A stretch of 31,849 nt of DNA from Folioceros fuciformis (Eukaryota). A program made the translations under genes and the position numbers. The DNA is taken from positions 377,115-408,963 of the forward strand of contig JBNGIO010006294.1 in NCBI GenBank assembly GCA_049999805.1. The letters run 5' to 3'. Below the pieces are notes generated by a model. That model made no database searches. It saw only the letters and a list, made by a program, of their open reading frames with translations, and was not told the origin of the DNA. This document shows, piece by piece, positions 1 to 12,817 of the stretch (positions within the stretch are counted from its first letter, which is position 1; every line of letters starts with the position of its first letter).

Positions 1-378
1 TCGTGTAATTTAGACGGCGTGGGGTTGGGCCAGGGGGGCCCGGTGGCGGCACATGGCGTAGGTACCTGCTCATGGCCCGGCCCGAGGCCTGGCCTCGCAC
101 CCACCACCGGGCGGCGGGCAGCGGGCAGAGAGAGACCAGCCCGCACAGGAATTAACTAATTAAATAAAATTAAAGGCTCCACTGGAAGGTACAGGCACCG
201 GACGGGTGACCGTCGGTGACATCATTTTACCCTGGTAGAAGAAAAGAGCAGCAGAGCACAAGGTCTCCAGGAGGAAAATTTCAAAAAGGGTTTCGAAAAA
301 GAAAGAAAGGGCGAGGCGGGCAGGCAAAGGAGTCCTCTTCAGTCCGGTCCAGGCGCATATGAAAGCGGGCCCCGGAGC

Positions 379-402
379 GCGGGTGCGGGTGCGGGTGCGG
401 GT
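379..402 (+). repeat. (GCGGGT)x4 hexamer repeat; fits the G-quadruplex pattern
   Basis: gcgggt repeated four times, giving four GGG tracts separated by 3-nt TGC loops. Confidence 0.85.
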
Positions 403-896
403 GCGCGCTAAGTGGCGGAATCCCGTTTTGGCGTAACTGCCTAACCCCGGTTGGGCCGCGGCCGTTCAACCACACCAATGGCACAATAACCGTGGGTTAA
501 GCCGCATCGGGCCCGGGTCTCGAAGAGCCCCCGAGGCTCCAATGTGGGAAAAGTGGGCTGCCGCTGCTGCTCCCGCTGCCTCTGCCTCTGGCCTCTGTCC
601 TCTGGCCTCTGCCGCTGCCGAGCATCTCCATCTCCTCCTCGTCTGGTGCGGTGAGGAGAGGCGCAGGAAGTGTGGGCACGAATGTCTTGTGCTCGCGCCG
701 GGCTTGCGGGCCAGCTTCACGGGCAAGACGGCTCCCCACCTGCTTCCACCGTCGCTTTCCCAACCCACGCCCATGCGCACCCGCATACGCACACGCACAC
801 GCAAACCGGGATATTCATTCCTATTTTCCTGGGTTAAAAAAACTCTTTGCCATTATATTCCTCTCCTCCGGTAAGGCATGGCCCGGCCTGACCGAA

Positions 897-923
897 CTGA
901 CCTGACCTGACCTGACCTGACCT
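897..923. repeat. (CTGAC)x5 pentanucleotide repeat
   Basis: ctgacctgacctgacctgacctgacct read directly. Confidence 0.85.
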
Positions 924-1325
924 AGCCTTGAACGACATTTCCTTTCCCCGATCGCTGGTCAAGTGGCTATGACACGGCAACCGAGTAAGGCGGGACGATG
1001 GACACGGGACACGGCACACGCAGCTGCTCCCAACTATGCCTTCTGTACAGTCTCACTCTTGCTGCAGTCTACATAGCTCCACATACGAGGCTTCCCACGG
1101 ACTTGGCTGACTATGGTACAGGGGCCTTTGGGCCCAGAAAGTGGCCTGGACAGCACTGGACTACTCGACTGGGCCGGGCCGGGCCCGGCTGGATCGGATC
1201 GGATGGCCTCGGCTAGGCTGCAGTGCAGGGCACGCAGGGCAGACCAGGGATTCCTGTGTTCAACCTCCGGACTTGAACTCCCTTCTCCCTCTGGCCTACT
1301 ACACTCCAACCCCCACGTTGCCTCC

Positions 1326-3262
1326 TTACTGCTTGCCCTTGTACTGAATCATCTCTTCCTTGTACCTTTCCTGACCTGCAAGGGCTTTCTCCGCCCACAC
1401 TTTCTTGCCATCGTCGCCCAATTCCTGCGCAACACATTCCAGCCCTTGTGAGGAACGACAGGGATACATTCAAACCGCCCATTCTCCAGCCAATGCAAGT
1501 GCGCCGGACTTGCCTGCCAAAGCTTCGACACGATTGTGGTGATCTCTCCCAGCTTAGCTCCAGGATTCGCGGTCCTCACTTCCAGCTGCTTATCCTTCCT
1601 GCACCATATCACTTTGTTAACAGTCACCGTTCGTCACATAAAATAAAAGCACAGGTAGATGCGGGTTAGTTAGCAGCTTACGTGAAAAGGTTGTACGCAG
1701 AGGGTGCCCGCTTCGGCTTGTTAGGATCCTTCACCTGCACTTTGACTTTGGCCTTCATTGACACTCCGTCTTTTGCACCCTGTGCCACAACATTGTCCTG
1801 GTGAGGGGACTCAAACTAATGATTTCCCACAACAATATCAAGCCTAAAATAAGACAGAAGGTACCTTCTTCCTCAGAGAAGGAGAAGACTCGGATTCATC
1901 TCCTTCCTCGTCATCACTACCAGGTACATCAGCCTGATCACACGAACCTTCGGGTCAGTCTAAAATTCGAGGGTAACATGCAAGAGCACATCAAACAAAA
2001 TCACTTACGTCGCCTCTCTTCAGCTTGTAGGCTTCAAGCTCACTAGCATAACGAAGTTTGTCTTCAGCAGCGATCTGAAACAGCATAAATGAAAAGAGTG
2101 AACTGGGATCGTAACTTGGATTCCAGTGCTCATTTATGCTGCGAATTTTTGAAAATACGCATGATACCATGATATAAGGACTCTTGGCTTCATCACTGAG
2201 ATTCTTCCACTCGTCTCCAAGAGCCTTTCCGGTCTGTAGGTGCAGCGACGTTAGGAAGCAAAGGCTTCCACCTTAACTTACACACAGCACACATAAATGC
2301 AACACACTTACTTCAGTGAACGAAAGATTCCGTTCAGCACGGAGAATTGGACGTCTCTCCGCAGAGTAAACAAAGAAAGCAGTCAGGGCTTTCTTCGGTG
2401 CTTCGGGGTCTTTCGTTTTCCTGCTACAAAGACAAGAAGAAATAACACACTGAGGCTTGGAACAAAACACTACACACCATGAGCCAAACAATGGTAATCG
2501 AAACGGGAACACGATGGTACCTTTTTGACTTGCTTTCCTCGACTTCAGGCTGCAGTATTGAAAACAGACAATCTCAGCCATGGTTTCACGACATACAACA
2601 GACACCAACATCAGTTGTTTAAGAAGGAAAACAGGGACCAAGATCCTCACCGGACTTGCGCGAGCTTGCGCCTTCTGAAGCTTCTTCAACTTAACCTCCC
2701 TTTTCTCTTGTGCTTCACTTTTCAGCTGGAGAGCAGCAGCCTGCTGATCTAGCTTCGCCTGGATAGCCTGGAGGCGAGCTTCCTGTTCGTGCAGCTCAGC
2801 CGCCTTCTTGTCCAGGTCCATGCGCTCCATGGTCTGCGTCACGGCGGCCACTTCCTTGTCCAAGCAGCCTTGCAGAGGCACCTCCTTCTTTTTCGATGCT
2901 CTCTTGGTGGCCTTGACAGCTTCAGGCGGAGGAGAATCAGCAGCGGGCGCCTCAGGGGCGGGCTCCTCGGCATGTGGAGCAACTTCAGCCACTGTGGCCT
3001 GCGGCGCCTCCACGGAAAGGGCCTTGGGCACCTTACCAGTTCTAGTACCCTTCTTCGCCGCCACGGGGACATCATTCACCAAGTTCTCCTTCTCCGCCTC
3101 CGGCATCGTGGCCGCCTCCACCGGCTTCGTGCCCCTACCCTTCTTGGTGTAGACAGCAGTCTTCTGTTCAGTCACATCGGCTGCCGGTACCTCCGAAGGA
3201 ACACGCATTTCCATCGATACAGTTGCGGGCAGGGCCGCTCCACGGACCCTACGAGGACCCAT
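1326..3262 (-). CDS. HMG-box protein, 416 aa, with a long basic/coiled-coil N-terminus and two HMG boxes (resembles plant 3xHMG-box family). Exons 3262-2651, 2549-2521, 2420-2312, 2233-2168, 2074-2009, 1933-1865, 1797-1682, 1598-1514, 1424-1326
   Basis: Hand-spliced model stays in frame (1251 nt). Box 1: KDPEAPKKALTAFFVYSAERR...TGKALGDEWKNLSDEAKSPY...EDKLRYASELEAYK. Box 2: KDPNKPKRAPSAYNLF...GEITTIVSKLWQELGDDGKKVW...ERYKEEMIQYK. Seven GT-AG introns and one GC-AG intron. Confidence 0.9.
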
Positions 3263-3416
3263 TCCGACAGCTACGATACGCTGAGAGGAGAAGCGAAAAC
3301 CCTATCGACGCAGCAGCAGAGGCTCGGCACCGAGGATGCGTAGTCTGGAGCTGGACAGCAGGCGAGGGGGATAATGGCCGAGGCGGGAGTGCGAGGTAGG
3401 CTTTTGAGAGGACGAA

Positions 3417-3488
3417 CTCAACGGTTCCTTTTCAAACTCTACTTGAATTTTTCAAAAGTGAGAGCGCAATTCGTCTCGCAACGGTTGC
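3417..3488. promoter_or_regulatory. MSA-like (AACGG core) elements and CHR-like TTTGAA motifs upstream of the HMG-box gene
   Basis: CAACGGTT with AACGG at 3420 and 3480 (60 bp apart) and TTCAAA (TTTGAA on minus) twice between them; a third AACGGTT at 3692. MSA elements are the known 3R-MYB G2/M motif in plants. Confidence 0.6.
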
Positions 3489-6249
3489 ACGAACCGTGCA
3501 GGAATGGGACAATCCACTGCTCGACCAACCACGTCCACTTTACCCCATGGGCTCATGGGCCATGTAACGTACACATGTATGTACATCCTGTATGTAGGCA
3601 GACCTGCTTTAGGGGTCGGATCGTAGAAAATATGTTTCTCACTCCCATGGCCAAGAACTTCTTATTCTGATTTCGGGGTCCCCGGCACAAAACGGTTTTG
3701 ATAGTGTGCGTGATAACCGTAGAGAACATATCCATAGCCAAAGAAAATATGCGCGGCTAAGCGATGTTTTGATGAATATTGGGGAAGCTGGAAGTAGCTA
3801 TCTTGTACAAGAGTGAGAGTCTCGTGCTTCTCAAACTAAGTCCAGACATAACAAGTCCATTACTTCATTTTTTGTGCATACCCCCAAGGTAGCAAATCTA
3901 TCCTATTCCTCAAGGGCTCTATCATATACTCAACATTGTTTTCAATTACCTTTGTCCATGTTTGCCAAGTCTATACCTTAAGACCAAAGATGAGCCCAAC
4001 ATCTCTCCTTGACTACTTTTGTACAAACATGCTCGTTAAGTAAATTAAGCCAACATAGTTCTACCCTTAGTAAGAACAAGTCACGTTAAGATGTTATGGA
4101 TCAATAGCTTAAAAGGTCTGGACCATGACGTGGCTAAGAGGAAAATGAGAAGAAAAACAAGGAAATAAGGTGCAAGCCAGCCAATAGTTTAAAAGGGCCA
4201 AACCCAAACATAATACCATAAAATATATGACCACTACGATATCAATATGAAAAACTTCACTCTATAGTTATGCCCACAAACATGAAGACAACACACTAAT
4301 TACATTATATTGCAGATGAAATGCATTTAAAATTTTATTTAAAATAGATGGGAGATCCATCCACCTCTCACGCGAAGGGTAGAGGCATGGAGAGAGCCAA
4401 AAGAAAAAGGAGCACTAGGGGTGTAAGCATCCTTTGGTGCTTACTATAGTGTAAAATGGATGAAACACGTTTATTTTGTTCTCTCTACATTTAAGAAATT
4501 ATAATTAATTGTTTGTGACTCGAATAAGATTGAGTATTTTATATGTAGTACGTAGTTCATGGTCCTCTTAAATTATATCAATAAGAAAATGAGTTAAATA
4601 TAGTAAGTTAAATGAAGTAATGTGGAGGTTATATGTCCACCTGAGCATGGCCTCTTTATTAAGTAACATGACGAAACAATAGTTTGTTACGAGAAAGGTG
4701 TGTGTGCTGCGCGCGAGTAAAGTTTGTTGGGTGGAGTTTGGAGACTACCCGAGCATTGGGGACATAGCTGCTCGGCACGACGTGTAGCTCTGGCAAGCAT
4801 TTGTGGATCCATAGCTAGCTAGGAAAAATTTGTAGGGTGTGCCGAATCGATCATGAGCTTAGCACATTTGAAGAGTCAAACTCTACCACGTTTGAAGAGT
4901 TGAACCTATCTGCGAGCTATGTTGCTCAGTGATGTTGTTGATCAACCTTGCCGCTGTTGCAAGTGCCCTCATTCAATGGCAAGTAGCTATGGTGAGCAGG
5001 ACATGTCATTCACATGACCTACACATTGGAGCATTTTAAACGCACCGCCCCGGCCAAGAATATTGTTGTGATCAAGTGGTTTTATGTGTAAGAAACGTGA
5101 GAGCATGGCGTTAGCTTAGGTGAGAGGATCTGCTATGTTTTAAATTTGCCCTTGCTCCTCGTCTTCTATGTGGAGTAGTAGGACGTTGGTGCATTTAAGG
5201 TGGCCAATCGACGTGAAGTTGCTGGCAGTGTCCAAACGATAGGTGACAGGCCCCAACTACTTGCTAATTCTCGAGCATGACTGAGTTTGTGGCATGGCTT
5301 GTGTAAGTTGCAAGAGGGCGACAATTGTAGATGTGCTTCAAGTCTGTGTATGTCCTTTGTTTACTCAAATGTAGATGTATTTTAGGTCTCGATGTATCGG
5401 ATATTTAGTGTTGGATCAACTGGCTTTCCAGCTTCTACACCTATTTGTCAAAGAGGTGTTCCCTCTTTGTTTTTTTCCAAGGTGCCTAGGCCACGGCCAC
5501 CATCTATGGCAGCGATGACACCTGCAATTTTCTGGCCCGCTCCTACCACTGCATAGCCCATACTGCTACTACAATAGTTCAAGGCAATTTCTGTAAGCAA
5601 ATAAGTGTTGGTGTTTCAAGCAGGCACCTTTCCATCTGTTTGTGTCTCGACATGGCTGTTGGTTCCTCGAAGAGGCTATCCTTGCAGTGTTTCAGGCCTT
5701 GCACGTTTCTCATCGTCCACACTTTTCAAGACATATGATGGCACTACTCCTGCATCAAACCATAGTGGTTTCTCTGCTGCTACCAATTTGCTCGCTTGTA
5801 CATTGCCACAATGTCTCACAATAAGTGCCCGCTAAGCAACAATAGTATTGTGGACGCGCAGGACCTCGACACCCCGAGGACCCTTGCTGAGTGGCCACAC
5901 CTATTGTCGTTTGTAGGATTCCCTGGTCCATCAAGCGATTTGCTGCTCCTAGTGGCAAAAACTAACAGCGCCACTTGTGAGATCTCAAGAATGAAGGGCA
6001 AGAGTAACAATTTCCTTAGGGTGAAGGACTAACGCCTTCGAAAATTAGCACAAGAGTAGCTTCGCAGCCAAGTCCGGAAATGCCACCCTAGGCTTCTTCA
6101 ATCACCAGAAATCCACACTAAGATGAGCATCATCAGCCCATCTTACACTCCTAGCCTTCCATCTATTTTCAATTAGGGGCCTAGGCGCCGATAGCGAGAT
6201 TTAAGCAATCCAAAAAGCAAATCTAACAAGTATCCCATCTAATAAGGAG

Positions 6250-9217
6250 GCTATCAACTATTCTTAGTTTTCAGCAATAACTCAACCTCCCTAGCCTAGC
6301 CTATCTCCTCCCCTAGCCATTGTGCAATCAGCCCCTGGCCACTCATTGTTGCTCTCCACCTAATCTCCGCACTGTTGCTTCTTGGAATCCTACAAGGGTG
6401 AAGCATTAATGTCTTTAACAAAAGGGCGCTTCACTCCCTTGGATACCACTGTAAAAGGGTGGGCTGAGGCTGAATCACTTGTAGAGGAAGATTCTCTACT
6501 CCTTGAAACTCCAAGTCAGTCGAAAGCACTAGCTGGCTGTCTTTCTTCAGGTCCTAATCTTTTCCTCCCAAACGAGTAGGGTCCCCTACGGCGCATGTAG
6601 GCTTACTCTCTGTCTGCATATTTCTGTCCTCTATTGCCTCTTGCACCTCTTCTCGTTTTCTTCCCTCCTCCAAAGTAGGCTCTTCTTCCTCCAGTTGTCC
6701 TCCTCCACCATTGGTAGGTTTACTCTCTTCTGCCTCTGTCGGTGGTTCGACAACAAGTTCCTTCTATGGCGGTAGGTTTGCTAGAATAGTCAACGTTTCA
6801 GCGCCTTCTCTCGCCCATTCCTCTTCCTCTAGTTCAGGTACCTCCTCCCACTCACATTCTTTTTTATCCATGTCACTGTCTTCCTTCCATTATGTCATAA
6901 GAGGTATGGATTTCTTCAACTCAGCTTAATCATCGTCATGAGGCTCAATCACCTTCCTCTTGGCAATCTTTAGCGGCTCTTGGTTGGTCTTCAAAATCTT
7001 GCTGTGTAGGTGCACCCTTTCCTCCTCCAAAGTCAGCTCAAGTTCTTCCAAATCCAGAGGGTCACTGAGCGCATGCTGGTGGTAGGCATCTCTCTCCAAC
7101 GTCAGTCTTCCTACTTTCAACTCTTGGGCAACATTCCCTTCCTTGTAGGCGACAAAGTTAGGCTAGCAAACCAAATTGAATGGCGTAGTCCACTCGGAAC
7201 CTACGCTTCCTGACAACCAACATCTTGTGAATCTAGGAGGCATGTTGAAGTTCCAAGTTCTTCTGCTACTCCACCTCCTCAAATCTCAGCTGATCCTTCT
7301 TCCTCTCATGCTGTAGGCGAGACTATTCTTCAATTAGTCGTTGAATTTCTACGTCCTTGCTCTTTACTTCATCCTTGTGCCCTTCTAGCAGAGCCTCTAG
7401 ATTTCGTAGATGTGACACCCTCTCTCGCAGTGTAGCCTCATCTTGTTGTCTCTTCTCTTCCAAACCCACAACTTACGAACGTGCCCCCAGTAATGCAGAT
7501 TGAGTGGTGTCCAGTGAGTGCTTCAACTCGACAATTTGGAGCCCGCAACTAAATCAATAGGTCTCCCTATTGTTGGTTAACCTGCCTGAAATCTTCTCGT
7601 TCCACCTCCCAATCACTGAGGAATGCGCGCAGATAGTTGCCTTCCTCCTTCCCTTTTGTCTTCAGACCTTCTAATGTTCTTCTTGTTGCCTGCCAATCAA
7701 TCTTATTGGTTTTCACACGGTACTCCAGCATCTCACACAAGGGATCTCTCTTCTCTTGCTCCTTGTCTTCCTTCTCTTGTGGCGGACACTCTTCAGGGGT
7801 TGGGTTCTCTTGGGTAGGTGGCTCCATCTCCACTGGACTCAATTTGGAGGGGCTACTTCTTCTTTGTTGGAGTGACATGAGGAATCTTGAGATTTGCTCC
7901 CTTCCTGACACTGGGGACTTTCCCCTCCTTCTACTCAAGAGAGGCACTACTCCTATGTCTTCTTCCCTGCCCGCGTCGTAGGTTGAGTCTGGTACTTGCA
8001 TGGTAGGTTGGCTTCCCTGTCCCTCCTGACCTGTAGGTTCCACATCTCTCAGGGTAATGACCGCAAAGGGTCTCTCTACATCTGCATATTCGTCATGTAT
8101 CAACAACCCTTCAGTAGACCAGAGATGCACCAAATAAGGGATCAAATAACAAGGTCGAGCTCCTCCTTCATCTACAGTATTGGGTCGTAGCAACTTCTCC
8201 CTGTGGTAGGTGTAGGCTTCAGACATGATCAGTCCTCAATCTGGCTTCTCCCCTTGAGTCACTCTCCACAGAAAATACAGGAATCCATTGCTGAAATAAG
8301 AAATGCACTGGTAATCGACTCAATTGGATCGCAGAGCTACTTCCTTCTCCTCCCCTCCTCCGATTTCTGTCATTCTGCCTAACACGAGTTGTCTTGGTCG
8401 TCCTGGCCATCTTATATAGGCAACTGCTGTTTCTAAAAACACCAAGAGCCAAGGACTCCTACACACACCGAGAAAAGCTCAACACTCCTTGGCCTTCGAC
8501 TTGTGCTTCTGCCTCTATAAGGCGTGCACTCCTGCAACAGAAAACACTTCGTCCTCCTGTCAATCTTGTCTCTTCCTTCTGGTCCTTTGCGAGAGCCGGG
8601 GTAGGCGATTCGTCGTCAAGAGCTAAAGAGCGGGCGTAAAAAACAAGTTGGTTTGGTGATGGCGGCCGCCGCGGAAGGTACTCCCCGCTGTTTCACTCTT
8701 GGTATGCTGCTCACACGTGTAAAGTCCCAAGATTTGAGAAAATCTGCTCTGATTTCCCTAAGTACAGGACGTCCCATGTTATCTGACCTACCCGCCGCGT
8801 AGGCTTGTTATCCATAGGTGCTTAACGAACACCAGCTGACGGCTAACCCCTATTACCCTATTTAGGCTTAGGATATTTTTTTCCTTCTGACAAACTCACA
8901 AAAATCCACTCTAAATGGTTGTAGATGTTGCAACCTACCAAGAGTTAGACCGACTGTCTTAACAATTTCACTCTCTCTCTCTAAGAGAAACATTGAAATG
9001 ATCGTGGAAAATCTGGTCAGACAGCAACTTCTCAGACCTACAAAACGTGTAGGTATGTTTGACGCGTAAGTTGACCACCAAAGACCAAGGAACGTCACAC
9101 GAGACTCAAACAGACACAAACAAGAAGAGAAGACACAAATCAAAACAAACATTGGGCAAATCACTCAACACGGTAGGATAGGAGCCTGTCCCATATCCCA
9201 AAATTTCATGTTCCACA
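6250..9217 (-). mobile_element. Decayed retroelement-like segment: accessory coiled-coil ORF remnant (ATG 8410) plus a possible LTR terminus at 9217 (Ty3/gypsy Tat/Athila-like; tentative)
   Basis: Broken minus-strand ORF starting MARTTKTTR, with acidic/Pro-rich then heptad-rich segments (EEKRQQDEATLRERVSHLRNLEALLE) and many TAG stops. The minus strand from 9217 reads TGTGGAACATGAAATTTTGGG, like Tat-type LTR ends. No gag/pol motifs seen; left boundary approximate. Confidence 0.35.
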
Positions 9218-9775
9218 AGTATGTATGTGCATGCATTCTTGTCATCTATACTCGTAGGCCGCTAGGGCAAACCTCGATAAATGAGGACCTCGTTGAGTTA
9301 ATGTTGGGCTAATGTAAATGTTGGATTATGAAGTGTTCCTATAACTCGACATGCAAATTTCTAAGACATTTCATAAGGTTGGTGGTGCGTGCGTGAGCTT
9401 TCAAGAATGGCCCAATCCCACGAAAGCTAAGGGCGGGCATGGGCTCAGCAGAAATGATAGCAAAGGGAAAGGGAAAGGCAAGTTCAAGCAAGGTCCTACC
9501 CAATAGCAACAATTGTTGCAGCAACACTCTCCACAGTTTCTAAAGATAATAGTGAAGGGGTTGTAGGAGGGCCAAGTCTCGAGGCTATTGATGTTGTTGG
9601 GGATGGATAGTGTGTAGTTCGTTTTGGCTGTCTTGCAAAATCCGTGTCCATAGAACATGTCCACAAGTGAAGATCGATCAATATTAAGCAGTAGGTTGGT
9701 TGTGAACTTGGGCAGTCGGCATCGATCGAGCATTGAAACCCAATGCAGTTCGAAGGCTGTTGAACAAGCAAGACA

Positions 9776-12417
9776 ATGGTGATGGGAATTGACCTGATTG
9801 GGAAGTACAAGCGGGGGGCCCACTTACGGGTCCTCCCTTGGAATGTGAGAGGTTTGGGCGGTTGGTCTAAATCCACCTCTAAGTGTCGTAGGTTGCAGCA
9901 TCTCCTGCGAGAGGACATCACCTGGGATGTGGTTTGTCTGCAGGAACACAAACTTTCGGCAAATCACATACAACGAATCAAAAAGCTGTTTCTGCCAGGG
10001 CACTTAATGTGGGTCCGGGAGAGAGCAGCAGAGGAAGGAGCTAGTACTAACCCTAGAGAGTATGAGTTGGCCACGAGGGGAGGCATCTCTATCATGGTCC
10101 ATCCAGAGCAAGCCCAAAACGTTCTGGAGACAGAAGATTTGGGAAGGTTTGTGTGGGTGGTGTTGCAGACTCCCCAAGGCCCCCTGGGCATCTATAATGT
10201 TTATGCCCCCAATGTGGGGTCGGAGAGGAGTCTCTTATGGAGTCGTCTAGTGAACATCTGAGTGATCGGATACTATGGATTATGGCGGGCAACTTCAACT
10301 TTGTTGAAAGACGAGAGGACATCCAAGGGGACAGTGAGGTGGACATTGAGAGGGTGCACTTATCCTGGCAAGAGCTAAGAGACACTAACTTTAATGTGCA
10401 GGATCTGTGGCTGGCTCTTCTGGCGCAAGGTCTTCAAGACTCTCTCAAGTTCAGCTGGTCCAATCAGCAGCCGGCGTCTTGTGGGGCTCGAAGGCTGGAT
10501 AGGTTCTACGTTCCCACTATGTGCCTACCATATGTGCAGGAGTATAGTATTTTGGCTGGTACAGTGCTATCAGATCATCACTTGATCAGCTTGCTTTTAC
10601 AGCTCTCTCCCGGAGACCTCCGACACAAAAGGGACAAGAGAGGGTTTCGGATGAATACGTCTCTCCTAGCGGAAGAAGGGTGTATGAGCGCATTAAGAGC
10701 ATATGGCAAAGTATAGAACAAGGAGATAAGCCGGTAGTGCAAAGGCTTATGAGCGCGAATACTGAGGCCACTACCTTTCTGAGGAGGCTGGGCTCACAGC
10801 GCAAGAAAGAAAAAGCCCGGTTAGAGGACTTCCTTCGAGATGAATTGGGTTTCGTCCAAAGAGAAGGAGAAGTACGGGCGCTGACTGGGGAAGAGGAAGG
10901 TAGGCTCCGGGAAATTCAGTGCAATCTTGCAAAGCTAGAAGAGGATAGAGCGAGGGGCTGGTACAAGAGGGCTAAAGTGAAGTGGGTGCAAGAAGGAGAC
11001 TGCCCCTCTAAGTTCTTCTTCGACAAAGTGGCAGCGAATTGGCATAAGTCAAGAATCCCCGCGCTCCCCGATGCGCAGGGCATCATGCAAGACTCCCTTA
11101 GTGGCTTGAAAAAACAGTTCACTTGCTTTTATGTTGGAATTTTTGCAAGTCTCGGAAAGCTGGCAGGATGAGAGGACCTTTAGCACTCGACCTACGGTCA
11201 ATTTTCTGCTAAAGTGACAAAGGCTCAACGTACGACTCTTGACAAACCTTTCACAGCCGCGGCGGTGGTGCAAGCGCTCAAGGAGATGCCGAGGAACAAA
11301 TCTCTAGGGCAAGATGGAATCCCTCCTGAGTTTCTAGCTTGGGGATGGGAATTTATGGGGCCGCTCTTCATGGAGGCAGTCAACATGATATGTGAGGAAG
11401 GAAGTATGAGCCCATGGTTTAACCTAGGCCTCATTTCCCTTCTACCTAAACAGGATGCTAGTCTTTCCATTGCTAATTGGCGACCCATTACCCTCCTTAC
11501 GACCACTTCCAAAGTGATTGCCGAAGTCTTAGCAAACAAGCTCAAGCCCTTTTTGGATGACTGGTTGGAGGTGGAGCAACGGGGCTTCATCCAGAACAGG
11601 TGTATTCTAGATAACCTACTGCTTTTGCGTGAGGCTAAGTTTAATGCCCTATCTCAATGCAAGCCGGCAGTGTTTATCTCCTTAGATTTTTACAAGGCTT
11701 CTGATTCGGTTGAATGGCACTTTCTATAGAGATGTGTGAGAAGCTTTGGTCAGGTAACAACTTCTGCAGATGGATTGCAATTCTCTGTGAGGACGCAGGT
11801 GCAATGGTCTCTGTGAATGGCTCCTTTACTGACAGGTTTGATATCAAGCGATCGGTACGTCAAGGATGCCCTCTGGCCCCGTTCCCATTCATCATTGTCA
11901 CTGACTTTCTTTTGCGGGCAGTCAAGCAAGACCCAAGGATTGAAGGCATTCAGAATCCTAACGGCTCGCAGTTGCGTATCTTGGCTTTCGTTGATGATAC
12001 CCTGTTATTCTCATCTGCAGATACGACGACCTCAACAGCCTTGCTCTCCCACGTACAGACCATTGGTCAGCTATCACGGTGCAATGTGAATTGGAGCAAG
12101 ACTAGGATGATGTGTGTTAACATGCAGGGGGAGCCACCCGACAATATCAGACACATTATAAGGGTCCAGCCCGGCTCGTCACACAAGTACCTAGGCCTAC
12201 CATTTCAAGAAGAGGATGAGAATGCTGAGATTGGTAAATATGTCTGCCTTAGGTTCATCAGGAAAGCAATCAATTTACACCTTTGGATCTTAGTCTTGCA
12301 GGCAAAATTGTGGACATCAACCATGTTTTAACCGCTTCCCTATGGTACTACCTGTTCTTATGGGCCCCTAGCAAGGTAGACCTGAGGAGGTTGCAGTAGA
12401 TTATATCCAACTTCTAA
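9776..12417 (+). mobile_element. Degenerate L1-clade non-LTR retrotransposon (LINE) ORF2: AP endonuclease + reverse transcriptase, 3' truncated
   Basis: EN motifs WNVRGLG, VCLQEHK, NVYAPN, AGNFN, RLDRFY, LSDHH; linker WVQEGDCPSKFFF; RT motifs KSLGQDGIPPEF, NWRPITLL, QRGFI, SLDFYKASDSVEW, RQGCPLAP, FVDD, KYLGLPF. Several frameshifts and stops. Ends abruptly at IISNF. An ORF1 remnant may lie at ~9400-9770. Confidence 0.93.
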
Positions 12418-12762
12418 CAGGGTCTGTGCCTAACGGTCGTATTCCGCCAAATCTGGCTTCGGGTCATTTTTGGCGTCATTTTTCGTGGCACATATCCAGA
12501 AATCATGCTATTTGGTGTGGATTACCCCCAAATCTATGGAAAAACGGTCACGAAAAACTTTTTAATCGTCATGTTTACCCAGAAACTAGCCGAAATTGCA
12601 GGTTACCAACAGTAAAACTTTTTGATCTTATCCAGTTCCACGGTTGGTCTGACACTACCGCCTGCATGTAGACAGAATGCTATTTTTTGAAATTGGAATT
12701 ACTTGAAACTGTAAAATGTTAAAGCTTTTTCAATAACATTCATTTAACCTTGGACGGTAGGA

Positions 12763-12817
12763 GTGCGCCGGTCTATCAGCGTACTCCTTGCTTAAGTCCA
12801 CCGGTAGACCAGCGCAC
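12763..12817. repeat. Two degenerate copies of the 22-bp palindrome near the transposon left end
   Basis: GTGCGCCGGT-CT-ATCAGCGTAC (12763) and GTCCACCGGT-AG-ACCAGCGCAC (12796). Confidence 0.8.

Noticed and set aside
281-1309. Many short overlapping ORFs at the window start
   Set aside because: GC-rich low-complexity sequence with no recognisable motifs or consistent splice model.
4650-6050. Possible decayed coding or TE sequence
   Set aside because: Some frames look protein-like but are full of stops, and I recognise no motif; not supportable without a search.
12418-12430. hAT classification from the CAGGG terminus
   Set aside because: The linked transposase has DUF7869/Sola-like motifs, not hAT motifs, and no TSD can be evaluated.
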